Assembly (NCBI GenBank): GCA_965220385.1
Contig: OZ244825.1
Span: 2,441,142-2,505,141, forward strand
Direction of reading: 5' to 3'
Length of the DNA stretch: 64,000 nucleotides
DNA from: Candidatus Poribacteria bacterium
GTDB taxonomy: Bacteria; Poribacteria; WGA-4E; PCPOR2b
Part shown: positions 38,486 through 48,308 of the stretch, piece after piece
Position numbering within the stretch: the stretch's first letter is position 1
Layout of the letters: every line of letters begins with the position of its first letter
Program-made: the position numbers and the translations under genes
The notes under the pieces: model-generated
The model's database searches: none
Told to the model about the DNA's origin: nothing
Seen by the model: the letters and a program-made list of their open reading frames with translations, nothing else

Positions 38486-40555
38486 TCACTCGGTCGATTT
38501 TGCCGCAGGGGAGGTGAGCTGCCACAGTAAGGTTGTCCCGTCTTCGCTTCCGCTGGCAAGTGTCCTTCCGTCGGGCGAAAATGCGACGGAGTGAACCCGT
38601 GCGGTATGGCCTTCAAAGGTTTCCTTGTGTTTTCCGGTGTCGACCTCCCATAATCCAATCGTGTGGTCCCAACTACCGCTGGCGAGCGTCTTTCCGTCTG
38701 GCGAGAAGGCTACAGCAAAGATATAGTCCATATGACCATCAATCGTTGCTTTCTCTTTCCCAGTTCCCGCGTCCCATAGCTGAATCGTATCGCGATATCC
38801 TCCACCCGCAAACGTCTTGCCATCTGGAGAGCATGCTAACCGAATAACCCAATCCGTCCCACCGGAAAGGGTTGCCTTGTGAATCCCGGCGTGAGTATCC
38901 CACAACCGGATCGTGTGGTCCTGACTTCTACTTAATAGAGTAACACCATCTGGGCAGAATACGACGAAGGTAACCTGATCGGTGTGCCCCTCAAGCACTG
39001 TGTTCTGTTCCCCGGTGCCAACGTTCCACAGCCGGATTGTATGGTCCCAACTGCCGCTCGCAAGCGTTTTGCCATCAGGGGAAAATGCGACGGAATTGAC
39101 TTCGGCCGTGTGACCTTCGAGTGTTGCCTTCAGTTCCGCGGTCTCTACCTCCCATAGTCGAATCGTATAATCGTCGCTGCCGCTCGCAAGTATTTTGCCA
39201 TCAGGGGAAAACGCCACCGCGGTGCCCCAGTCCATATGCCCCTCAAGAGTTGCCTTCTGTTCTCCGGTGTCCGCCTCCCATAGTCGAATCGTGTAATCAT
39301 CACTGCCGCCGGCAAGTGTTTTCCCGTCCGGAGAGAATACCACAGAGGGAAACCGAGCTATGTATCTGTCCAAGGCTGCTTTCTGCTTTCCGGTAGTAAC
39401 CTCCCACAACCGGATTGTGGAGGTCAAAAGGGTCGCGCTGTGCTTTCCGGTGCTAGCCGCTCCCAACCACATCATGGAATCCTGGCTGCTACTTGCCAAC
39501 GTGTTCCCCTCCGGGGAAAATACCACGGATTGTACATCATGTGTATGTCCTTCAAGAGTTGCCCTAACCTCTCCTGTCTCCACATCCCATAGCCGGATCA
39601 TTCCGTCGTAGCTGTTACTGCTCGCGAGCGTCTTACCGTCTGGCGAAAACGCGACGGGAAAGATGGCATCCCCGTGCCCTGTAAGCGTCATCTTGATGGT
39701 TCCTGTTGCCATGTCCCAGAACCGGATGGTATTGTCCCAGCTGCCACTAGCGAGGGTGTTTTCATCTGCTAAGAATGCCAGGGAGAAGACGGAATCCGTA
39801 TGTCCGGTAAGCGTCATTTTGACCTTTCCAGTCTCCATGTCCCAGCATAGAATTGTGTCATCCTCGCTGCCACTGGCAAGGATCTTTCCATCGGCGGAAA
39901 ACGCAATAGAATAAACGGCACCCTGATGCCCAAAAAGAGTTTGCAGATGCTCCCCTGTAGCGGCATCCCACACCCTTATCATTTCGTCCCAACTTCCGCT
40001 TGCCACTGTCTTCCCGTCTGGCGAAAAGATCACAGAACTGACATCATGCCCATGCCCCTCAAGGGTTGCCCTAAGCCGTCCGTTCTTGATGTCCCATAGC
40101 CGTATTGTCCCGTCGTGCCCACCACTGCTCGCGAGGGTCTTTCCGTCTGGTGAAAACGCCATGGATCTGATATCATGGCCATGTCCACTTATGGTTGCCT
40201 TATGCTGTGTTGTGGCGGCATCCCACAACCGTATTGTTTCGTCAATGCCACCGCTGGCGAGGGTCTTACTGTCCGGGGAAAAGGTCACAGAAAGTACCCA
40301 ACCGGTATGTCCAGTGAGAAGGGCGATTTCCGCACCAGTACCTAAATTGTACAGCCAAACGCCGATGGTACTTGCTACGGCAAGCTGAGTGCCATCGGGT
40401 GAATGTGCTATATCAAGAACCCGCCCCTTACCGAGACGCACTTTCGCATCTTTGGGCAAATTCCATTGATTACAATCTTGAGCGAGGGTGTTTGAGTGAA
40501 GAAGTAGAGTGGAAACAAACAGAATGGCGAGATTGAGAAATCGTCTCGTTGTCAT
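38486..40555 (-). CDS. secreted WD40-repeat beta-propeller protein (~14 WD repeats)
   Basis: An N-terminal signal peptide ends in …NTLAQ. Repeating units of about 42 aa (GHxxxVxSVAFSPDGKTLASGSxDxTIRLWD) run through the 689-aa protein. Confidence 0.85.
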   Translation of the reverse strand: MTTRRFLNLAILFVSTLLLHSNTLAQDCNQWNLPKDAKVRLGKGRVLDIAHSPDGTQLAVASTIGVWLYNLGTGAEIALLTGHTGWVLSVTFSPDSKTLASGGIDETIRLWDAATTQHKATISGHGHDIRSMAFSPDGKTLASSGGHDGTIRLWDIKNGRLRATLEGHGHDVSSVIFSPDGKTVASGSWDEMIRVWDAATGEHLQTLFGHQGAVYSIAFSADGKILASGSEDDTILCWDMETGKVKMTLTGHTDSVFSLAFLADENTLASGSWDNTIRFWDMATGTIKMTLTGHGDAIFPVAFSPDGKTLASSNSYDGMIRLWDVETGEVRATLEGHTHDVQSVVFSPEGNTLASSSQDSMMWLGAASTGKHSATLLTSTIRLWEVTTGKQKAALDRYIARFPSVVFSPDGKTLAGGSDDYTIRLWEADTGEQKATLEGHMDWGTAVAFSPDGKILASGSDDYTIRLWEVETAELKATLEGHTAEVNSVAFSPDGKTLASGSWDHTIRLWNVGTGEQNTVLEGHTDQVTFVVFCPDGVTLLSRSQDHTIRLWDTHAGIHKATLSGGTDWVIRLACSPDGKTFAGGGYRDTIQLWDAGTGKEKATIDGHMDYIFAVAFSPDGKTLASGSWDHTIGLWEVDTGKHKETFEGHTARVHSVAFSPDGRTLASGSEDGTTLLWQLTSPAAKSTE

Positions 40556-40834
40556 CAGTTCTTTCTTTTTGCCGAACGGGATTGAAGAGTTTTGAGGATA
40601 ATGGAAAGGTTCTAAAGCGTATATACACTATAGATTTTAACATAAGTAGAGGTGGAATACAAATAAAACGGCACAATTTTTCTGCGTATCACACATGGTG
40701 TGAATGAACCGATTTTCTGGCTGAGACCTGATTTTTTGGTGGTAATTTTCGACTTCACTGGGTATCATTGGAAGGACAACCCATATCTCATCAGCCAGTT
40801 CGATCCAGTTTTATAGACAAAGAGGAGGTAGGTC

Positions 40835-41482
40835 ATGGCAACCAACAACAAAATCCACGCTTTAGTGATTACCGGTGGACACGGCTTTGAACAGGAACCA
40901 TTTTGGCAAATGTTCAACGGCTTTGAGAATTTCAGCTACGATACCGTTGCTTTTCCAGATGCGTTCAAGTATCTAAACGTTGAGGCAGCAAAAAAATACG
41001 ATGCGCTTGTCTTCTACGATATGTGGCAAGAGATCACCGCTGACCAACAGACCGCCTACCTTGAACTGCTAAATCAAGGCAAGCCGATTGTGTACTTGCA
41101 CCACGCGCTGATTTCGTTCCAAGATTGGGATGAGTTTGATCGAATCGTTGGCGGAGTCTGGGAAGAAGGGCAAGGAACGGTGAAACATAACGTCCAATAC
41201 ACCATCCAGATTGCTGACCCAGATCATCCGGCGACGAAAGGGATGCAAGATTTCGAAATTGAGGATGAAACGTACGGTAATTTCAGCGCCAATCCTGATG
41301 TTCACGCTCTCCTGAAAGCCGACCATCCGGAAAGTGCTCCAGTAATCGGTTGGACCCATCGGTACGCCAACTCCCAGATCGTTTACATCCAGCTCGGACA
41401 CGACGGACTTGCTTACGGCAATCCAAACTATCGCAAACTTGTCGATCAGGGAATTCGCTGGGTGGTTGCTGCTGAAAACTAG
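40835..41482 (+). CDS. ThuA-like (trehalose-utilisation / class-I glutamine-amidotransferase-like fold) protein
   Basis: The 215-aa ORF has ThuA-family blocks (HALVITGGHGFE…VYLHHA). The RBS is a strong GAGGAGG. Confidence 0.65.
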   Translation: MATNNKIHALVITGGHGFEQEPFWQMFNGFENFSYDTVAFPDAFKYLNVEAAKKYDALVFYDMWQEITADQQTAYLELLNQGKPIVYLHHALISFQDWDEFDRIVGGVWEEGQGTVKHNVQYTIQIADPDHPATKGMQDFEIEDETYGNFSANPDVHALLKADHPESAPVIGWTHRYANSQIVYIQLGHDGLAYGNPNYRKLVDQGIRWVVAAEN

Positions 41483-41494
41483 TATTATCACGCC

Positions 41495-42808
41495 TTGGCT
41501 ATGGAATCAACTGCTATGACAATACCGGATGTCGGTGATCTACACGAAATTCACTTGTCCGATCTGGCCTATTCAGCGGACGCTGTCGGTCGTATTGACG
41601 GGATCGTTACATTTGTCCACCGGGGCGCGCCGGGCGAAACAGCAAAAGTCGAAATTACGCAGGTGAAGAAACGGTATCTCCGTGCCCGAATTAACGAAAT
41701 CCTCTCACCGTCGCCGGATCGTTGTCCCCCGCCCTGTTCTTACTTTAGTACCGGGTGTGGCGGCTGCCAATGGCAACACATCAATCTTGATTCGCAGCTC
41801 GACGCGAAAACGCGAGTCTTTATCGAGGCGTTGAATCGAATCGGAGGGCTACCATCTCTGCCTGATGTAACGCGCCATCCTGCCCCTCAACCCCTCGCAT
41901 ATCGGAATCATATCCGCCTAACTGTTACTGCTGTTCGACCTCAAGTCGAATTTGGCTTCAAACAGGAAGAAAGCCATGACGTGGTTCCAATTGACCGGTG
42001 CGAGATTGCGCTTCCTACCATCAACAGTGCCTTGCCACAGGTTGCCAATCTGATAAAAAATCTCAGATGCTTTCGGGTTGATGGGTTGACGCTGCGAACT
42101 TCCGCCACAACCGGCGAAATTATGGTAATCCTGATTTTTCCAAAGAGGTACAAGCCAAGTCTTAAACTTGCTGACAAAGACCTCGCGAATTATCCGGCAA
42201 TCCACTCTGTCTATGTCCAAAGTGGGGAGCGAGGCAAGCCCACATGGGCAGCAGGCAAACAGTATTTGTCCGAGACCACCAGCGGACTGTGCTTTGAAAT
42301 TGGCCCCGAAACTTTCTTTCAGAACAACCTTGCCGGCTTAGAACAGCTCGTCGAGATTGTCCGGCACCATGTACAAGCAAATCCGCCAACCGTGGCTATT
42401 GACGCACACTGCGGTGTCGGCGCGTTTACGTTGCCGGTTGCGCAAAATGCAAAGGCGACCTTCGGACTCGATCTCCAAACGGAGGCAGTTACGCTCGCGA
42501 CCCGTAACGCTAAAACCAATGGCATAACAAACGCAAACTTCCGTGTTGGGCATCTCGCCAAGCTGGGCAGTGTCAAAGCCGATCTTATCGTCCTCGATCC
42601 GCCGCGTAATGGGTGTTGGCGGGAAGATCTTGAAGCCATCGAGCGAATCGCCCCACAACACATCCTATACATCTCTTGCAACCCCACAACACTTGCCCGT
42701 GACCTGTCTAAACTCCGTGCGAGCTATGAGATCGCGTCCTTGGATCTCGTGGATCTGTTTCCGATGACATATCATTTTGAAACGGTGGTTGGGTTGCGGC
42801 GACGGTGA
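41495..42808 (+). CDS. rlmD: 23S rRNA (uracil-5-)-methyltransferase RlmD/RumA family (TRAM + 4Fe-4S + SAM-MTase)
   Basis: There is a TRAM domain, a Cys cluster CPPPCSYFSTGCGGCQW, a SAM-binding motif, and a catalytic Cys near the C-terminus. The start is uncertain: TTG at 41495, first ATG at 41501. Confidence 0.75.
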   Translation: MAMESTAMTIPDVGDLHEIHLSDLAYSADAVGRIDGIVTFVHRGAPGETAKVEITQVKKRYLRARINEILSPSPDRCPPPCSYFSTGCGGCQWQHINLDSQLDAKTRVFIEALNRIGGLPSLPDVTRHPAPQPLAYRNHIRLTVTAVRPQVEFGFKQEESHDVVPIDRCEIALPTINSALPQVANLIKNLRCFRVDGLTLRTSATTGEIMVILIFPKRYKPSLKLADKDLANYPAIHSVYVQSGERGKPTWAAGKQYLSETTSGLCFEIGPETFFQNNLAGLEQLVEIVRHHVQANPPTVAIDAHCGVGAFTLPVAQNAKATFGLDLQTEAVTLATRNAKTNGITNANFRVGHLAKLGSVKADLIVLDPPRNGCWREDLEAIERIAPQHILYISCNPTTLARDLSKLRASYEIASLDLVDLFPMTYHFETVVGLRRR

Positions 42809-42851
42809 ATAAATCATTTCACTGAATCTTCTGTGCTGCTTGGAGACGTTT

Positions 42852-44051
42852 ATGAAGGTTGAATACCGTGCCCCACGCAACGAAGTTGAACTTGACGACA
42901 CAATTGATTGTAGTGTTCGCGCTTTCGGGGACGTTGGGGATAGACGAGACCGCTTTACAAACTTTGTCATACGCGATCCATGGTTCCACCTTAATAATAC
43001 GCGTGCCTGTTTTGTGGAGGGGAAGTGCGTGAGCGTCGTACAGGTTTTTGACCGTCCCATGCGTATCGGGAATTGTGTTGTTCGAATGGGAGCGGTTGGC
43101 AGCGTTGGCACAGATCCGATACATCGCCGCGCTGGGTATTCGGCGGAGGTGGTCCGGGACAGCATCCAGTATATGCGGGCGGCGGGTTATGATCTCTCGA
43201 TGCTGTCTACAGGCATCCAATCACATTACGCCAAAGCAGGTTGGGTAGTGTACCCGACCTACAATACGGAGGTAACCCTTCCCCCAACACTTGGGGAATT
43301 ACCAGGTGATGTGACTATTGAGCAGCATGAACCGAATCGAGATTTGCCGGTGTTAGGGCCAATTTTCGATCAATTTAATGTCAGTCGGACAGGGACGTTT
43401 ATCAAGAATCAGGAATATTGGGTTAACCGACCCACTTGGCGGCCATACGATCCGTCACTATACTGGATTGCTAAACGGGGCGAGGAAACGGTTGCTTATC
43501 TGCTAACGGAACGATGGAAGGTGGGGGAGTTGGGGTATCTACCAGATGCACAGGATGCAATGTGTGCGTTGTTCTGTCACTTCTTTCAGTGCGCACAGGC
43601 GGCGGGGGTTCAGCAGATCGACGCACCGGTGCCATCGGAGAGCCGGAAGATTTTCGAGACTATGGGTTGCGCTGTCCGAAGACGCGAACAGACCAATATT
43701 ATGGCTCGAATCATCAACTTAGAATCGCTATTGACCAAGATCAAGCCGTTGTTAGAATCCAGACTCAGAGCGTCGGACTTTTCGGGGTGGACCGGTACCC
43801 TCCGCATCCGCTACGAGGCCGACGAACGGACGTTGGTTATTTGTAAAGGCGAAATTAGTATCATATCCAATAGCGTGTCACCGCAGATTGACCTTCCCAT
43901 AAGTCAAACGCAGCTGCTGCAACTACTATGTGGAAATATGAGTGCGGAGCAGGTAGTTTATTCTAACGATCTGCAAGGGCTCGAAATCGGCTTGCTTGAT
44001 GCGCTTTTCCCTGTAGGTGAGTTATTTATATGGTGGTTGGATCGATTCTGA
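42852..44051 (+). CDS. Eis-like GNAT N-acetyltransferase (tandem GNAT domains + C-terminal SCP2-like domain)
   Basis: The protein is about 400 aa. The start MKVEYRAPRN follows a GGAG RBS 6 nt upstream. It is a paralog of the next gene. Confidence 0.5.
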   Translation: MKVEYRAPRNEVELDDTIDCSVRAFGDVGDRRDRFTNFVIRDPWFHLNNTRACFVEGKCVSVVQVFDRPMRIGNCVVRMGAVGSVGTDPIHRRAGYSAEVVRDSIQYMRAAGYDLSMLSTGIQSHYAKAGWVVYPTYNTEVTLPPTLGELPGDVTIEQHEPNRDLPVLGPIFDQFNVSRTGTFIKNQEYWVNRPTWRPYDPSLYWIAKRGEETVAYLLTERWKVGELGYLPDAQDAMCALFCHFFQCAQAAGVQQIDAPVPSESRKIFETMGCAVRRREQTNIMARIINLESLLTKIKPLLESRLRASDFSGWTGTLRIRYEADERTLVICKGEISIISNSVSPQIDLPISQTQLLQLLCGNMSAEQVVYSNDLQGLEIGLLDALFPVGELFIWWLDRF

Positions 44052-44198
44052 TTCGTCACCTGGAGTCCTATCCAAGCCAATCAAGGTTGGGGAATAAAAA
44101 AAGAATAAGAACCCGAAGAAAAATACGAGATGTCCCAATGATAGATAGCAGGTTGAGTTAGCTTCGATCTGTAACTCTATCTCTGTGTGGAGAAGTTT

Positions 44199-45398
44199 AT
44201 GAATATTGAATATCGTGCGCCGCGCAACCAAACTGAACTTCAGGATACAATTGAATGTAGCATTCGCGCTTTCGGCAGCTCAGAACATATACAACATCTC
44301 TTTACAAATATTGTCGAGCATGATCCATGGTTTGACCTCAATAACACGCGCGCCTGTTTTGTGGACGGAAAGGCTGCTAGTGTTGTACAAATCTTTGAGC
44401 GCCCCATGCGTATTGGGGATTGCGTCGTCCGGATGGGAGGAGTCGGAAGCGTTGGTACGGATCCACCCTATCGTCGTGGCGGATACTCCTCGGAGGTGCT
44501 GCGGGACAGCGTCGAGTATATGCAAACCGCCGGTTACGATCTCTCCATCTTGGGTACTGGCATCCAGTCGCACTATGCCAGATCAGGTTGGGTGATGTAC
44601 CCAACCTATACCATGACGCTCACCCTGCCCGAAACGCTTGGACAGCTGCCTACTGATGTGGCTATCGAGTCCTATGAACCCAGCCAAGATTTGCCAGCGG
44701 TGCGATCAATCTATGATCAGTTTAACGCGGCGCGAACAGGCACCGTCACAAAGAACGCAGCGTATTGGGCTAACAGACACAAATGGCGACCATACGATCC
44801 GTCGTTGTACTGGATCGCTAAACGCGACGAGAACACCGTTGCCTATCTACAAGCTGCACGGGGAGAGATAGGCGAACTGGGCTGCCTTCCAGACGAGCAA
44901 GAGGCGATGAAGGCGTTGCTCTTGCACCTTTTCCGGCATGCAAAAGCGGAGGGTATCCAGGAAATTGATGCACCAACACCATCGGGGAGCCGAAAGATGT
45001 TTGAGGCGATGGGCTGTTCCATACAGCGGAGAGAAAGTAACGGCAAAATGATTCTGATCACTAACTTTGAGTCGCTATTGACTAAAATTAAACCGTTGTT
45101 AGAATCCAGACTCAGAGCGTCGGACTTTTCGGGGTGGACCGGCACCATCCGCATCCGCTACGAGGCCGACGAACGGACGTTGGCTGTCCGTGATGGAGTG
45201 ATCAGTGTCGTCCCCGAAAGCGCCTCACCCGACATCGACCTTCTCTGTAGTCAGTCGCAGCTACTCAAACTGCTGTTCGGAAATATGAGTGCTGAGCAGG
45301 TTGCTTTCTCCAACCGTCTGAGAATTGCCGAAATCGGTCTGCTTGATGCACTTTTCCCGGCGGACGAATTTTTTATGTGGCATACGGATCGGTTTTGA
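44199..45398 (+). CDS. Eis-like GNAT N-acetyltransferase, tandem paralog
   Basis: The start MNIEYRAPRN follows a GGAG RBS. It is about 60% identical to 42852..44051 across the full length. Confidence 0.5.
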   Translation: MNIEYRAPRNQTELQDTIECSIRAFGSSEHIQHLFTNIVEHDPWFDLNNTRACFVDGKAASVVQIFERPMRIGDCVVRMGGVGSVGTDPPYRRGGYSSEVLRDSVEYMQTAGYDLSILGTGIQSHYARSGWVMYPTYTMTLTLPETLGQLPTDVAIESYEPSQDLPAVRSIYDQFNAARTGTVTKNAAYWANRHKWRPYDPSLYWIAKRDENTVAYLQAARGEIGELGCLPDEQEAMKALLLHLFRHAKAEGIQEIDAPTPSGSRKMFEAMGCSIQRRESNGKMILITNFESLLTKIKPLLESRLRASDFSGWTGTIRIRYEADERTLAVRDGVISVVPESASPDIDLLCSQSQLLKLLFGNMSAEQVAFSNRLRIAEIGLLDALFPADEFFMWHTDRF

Positions 45399-45446
45399 AT
45401 CGTAATCAGAGCGATACGCCAAGGCGCAGGATTAGTCGAGGATAAG

Positions 45447-46784
45447 ATGTCAATCGAAGATATCAGCAATATCAAGGCAGCTTTTGGGAAGGTTTCGATA
45501 ACGCCTCCAATTAACGATGTGTATCCGGATTTCTTCTTCAAACCTTCAGGCGTTCTTGACGACGTCTATGCCCGTATCGCGATCATCCAAGTTGCCGACG
45601 CCCCTGTGCTTGTTCTTGCTGTGGATACATTGGGATTCGGCGTAGCAGAGATCTCCGAACTTGAGGACACCATCGGCAGAGCAACCGGCATCCCATCAAC
45701 CCGAATCTTGATTGCCGGCAGCCACAGTCACTCCGCACCAATCCTGTGTCCGGTTGACCTCTTTGGCGGGTTTAGCCCGTACTTTGATGGGTTGTGTGAT
45801 CGCGTGGGTGAACTGGCAAAAGATCTATTGTCCCGCGCGGAGTCCGTTACGCTTTCGTTCGGGAAATCGAGTTGCGACTTCAATGTGAATCGACGGCGCA
45901 TAACACCCGAAGGGACCGCCGTTTCAGGTCCCAATCCGGACGGAGTCGTCGACAAAAGTGTGCCGATCCTGGGTTGTCATAACGCAGACGGTTCGTTGAT
46001 AGGGATATTCTTCAGCTACTGCTGCCACCCGACAATCCTGTTGGGACCAGAGATCTCTGGAGACTATCCGGGACAAGCTCAACTGGCGCTGGAGACCCGA
46101 CATAATCAGGCTGTTGCACTGTACCTGCCCGGTATGTTCGGAAATGTGCGTCCCAACCTATCGCAGGAGGAAAGGTTCAGAAAGGGCACCCCGCGTGATG
46201 CGATGCACTGCGGAAGCATGTTGGCGGACGCAGTGGACGAGGCATTAAAGGCTTGTAAACCGGTTTCGGTGAATACTATACGCACTCGACGCCTGAAGCG
46301 ACCTCTGCCGCTCGGTGAGCCGCCATCTCGTCAGACACTTGATGAAATTGCCGCCCAAGCAGTCAAATCTGCTCAAGTGACCGAGGAGGAAAAAGCTGGG
46401 CGTTCGGCCTATTACGCTGGTAATCAGTTGGCAATGCGTCAGTGGGTACAACAGATTCGGCTGGAACAGGTAGAGTACCGTGTCCCAACCGAAGTGGGCT
46501 ACACCTTCTCGCGATGGGACATCGGTGATGTTCGCTGGCTTACGTTCTCAGGTGAATTCTTCTTGGAATACGGGTTATATGCCCATTCGCTGTTGGGAGC
46601 AGATCGGACCTTCACGCTCGGTTACACCCAGGGATGCCAAACCTATGTCCCAACCGCACAAGCCTTGATTGAAGGCGGTTATGAGCCAAACGCTTACAAG
46701 CGGTGGGGGCAAAGCGCACCCTTTGCCCCAGAGGTCGAAGACGCGGTAAAGGCAGTCATTCGGGAATTGGCTGATGATGAGTAG
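45447..46784 (+). CDS. neutral/alkaline ceramidase N-terminal-domain-like hydrolase
   Basis: The motif GSHSHSAP resembles the Zn-binding GSHTHSGP block of neutral ceramidases. No signal peptide is seen. Confidence 0.45.
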   Translation: MSIEDISNIKAAFGKVSITPPINDVYPDFFFKPSGVLDDVYARIAIIQVADAPVLVLAVDTLGFGVAEISELEDTIGRATGIPSTRILIAGSHSHSAPILCPVDLFGGFSPYFDGLCDRVGELAKDLLSRAESVTLSFGKSSCDFNVNRRRITPEGTAVSGPNPDGVVDKSVPILGCHNADGSLIGIFFSYCCHPTILLGPEISGDYPGQAQLALETRHNQAVALYLPGMFGNVRPNLSQEERFRKGTPRDAMHCGSMLADAVDEALKACKPVSVNTIRTRRLKRPLPLGEPPSRQTLDEIAAQAVKSAQVTEEEKAGRSAYYAGNQLAMRQWVQQIRLEQVEYRVPTEVGYTFSRWDIGDVRWLTFSGEFFLEYGLYAHSLLGADRTFTLGYTQGCQTYVPTAQALIEGGYEPNAYKRWGQSAPFAPEVEDAVKAVIRELADDE

Positions 46785-46795
46785 ATGCGGGCACC

Positions 46796-46950
46796 ACCCC
46801 GATAAATCCCCCGATAGGATCCCCGATAAATCGGGACAGGCGGGGCTCCGACAAGCCCCCGATGAATCGGGACTAAGAAGCGAGAGCAGGTCCCGACTCG
46901 CCGGGATTCTCCCCGATACATCGGGGCAGGCAGGAACGGAACAGGCGGGA
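46796..46950. repeat. intergenic palindromic repeat element (family A, inverted orientation)
   Basis: CCCGATAAATCGGGACAGGCGGGG…CGGGACTAAG… are reverse complements of the 20421 and 36731 modules. The element lies between convergent genes. Confidence 0.8.
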
Positions 46951-47001
46951 TGCAAGCACTTGTGGTTGCCCTTTCTTCAAGGGTAGAGAAAAACGTGTGT
47001 G

Positions 47002-48165
47002 TCAGAATCGTGTCATGATCTGATGATAGATATCGACGGCTTTTATAACCTGCTCACACTCAACCCACTCAACTGCCGCATGTGCCTGATCAATACTGCC
47101 GGGACCAAACACGATGGAAGGAATACCGACTGAGGTAAATTTACTGGCGTCAGTACCATAAGGAACTCCCGTTATCTCTGATCTCCCAATCACAGATTCA
47201 CACGCACTGACAGCGACCTGTACGATATGCGCATCTTCTGATGTCTCCATCGGGTTGTCCATCAGGTACGGTGTCTTCATCGTGACATCCAGATCTGGAT
47301 CAGCGGCGCGTGCACGGGCTAACCGTTCCTGAAACGGTACGAGGGCTTCCTCCGGTGTCTCACCGGGGATAACCCGACGATCTATATCAATAACGCATTC
47401 GTCAGCCACGAAATTCACCTGCACACCCCCGGAGATAACGCCGATATTGAGTGTTGGACTGCCGGTGAGTGGATGGGTCATAGAGCCATAGGTCGGTGCG
47501 ATTTCATCCTCAATCGCGCAAATCAGCCGCGTCATTTTTGAAATGGCGTTTATGCCGAGATACGGCTTCGCGCTATGTGCAGCGACCCCTTTGACGACGA
47601 TGTGAAAACGTGCCAACCCCTTGTGTGCCCGAATAACCGCCAAATCGGTCGGTTCCGATACTACTACTGCGTCCGCTTGGAGGGTTTCTGCCAATCGTAG
47701 TGCACCCTTAAAGCTGAACTCCTCATCCACAGCCCCAGCGTATTTGATGGTGCACGGCGGTTTAACCCCCGCTTCCTTGAAACGCTTCATCGCGTGTATC
47801 ATTGCGACGCCGCCTGCTTTTGTGTCGCAGGCACCGCGACCATAGAGCAGGCCGTCCCGGATGTGCGGTTCATAGGGCGGGATGGTCATAACGCCAACGG
47901 AAGCCGTGTCCATGTGACATTCAAACAGTAACACGCGGCTTGGGTTTTCACCTTCTAACGTCGCGATGATATTGCTTCTCCCCGGTAACACCTCGTCTGT
48001 TTCGTAGGGGATATCTAAGGCATCGAAGAAATTCCCAAGGTATTCAACCATACCTGCTTCACCGCGCTCCCCACCCGGTAGACTGGTGTTTATGCTCTCA
48101 ATCGCCACAACATCTTGCAGCGTGGCGAGCACCTCATTATCACTACGTACCCACGATTGGCTCAT
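47002..48165 (-). CDS. M20-family metallopeptidase (ArgE/DapE/ACY1-like)
   Basis: Metal-ligand blocks (…ECHMDT…, …DTKAG…, …EE…) follow M20 order, with a dimerisation insert. The start is MSQSW with a GAGGAG RBS 7 nt upstream. Confidence 0.75.
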   Translation of the reverse strand: MSQSWVRSDNEVLATLQDVVAIESINTSLPGGERGEAGMVEYLGNFFDALDIPYETDEVLPGRSNIIATLEGENPSRVLLFECHMDTASVGVMTIPPYEPHIRDGLLYGRGACDTKAGGVAMIHAMKRFKEAGVKPPCTIKYAGAVDEEFSFKGALRLAETLQADAVVVSEPTDLAVIRAHKGLARFHIVVKGVAAHSAKPYLGINAISKMTRLICAIEDEIAPTYGSMTHPLTGSPTLNIGVISGGVQVNFVADECVIDIDRRVIPGETPEEALVPFQERLARARAADPDLDVTMKTPYLMDNPMETSEDAHIVQVAVSACESVIGRSEITGVPYGTDASKFTSVGIPSIVFGPGSIDQAHAAVEWVECEQVIKAVDIYHQIMTRF

Positions 48166-48308
48166 CAATTCTCTCCTCTTCGTAAGAGTTGAACACCTTT
48201 CACATCTTAATTCAGGGATAACCAAAAAAACATAAGACGGAGTGACGTCCTCACTGACAGCATCTTTTGGTCTGGTCTATCCCAGTAGCTTCCCTTCCCC
48301 TACTGCTC

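Noticed and set aside
39121-40388. Several 83-100 aa plus-strand ORFs antisense to the WD40 gene; the same pattern appears on the minus strand at 63199-63873 opposite the LRR region
   Set aside because: They are antisense read-through of highly repetitive WD40 or LRR coding DNA. Their periodic repeat-derived sequences and lack of RBS mark them as artefacts of repeat structure.
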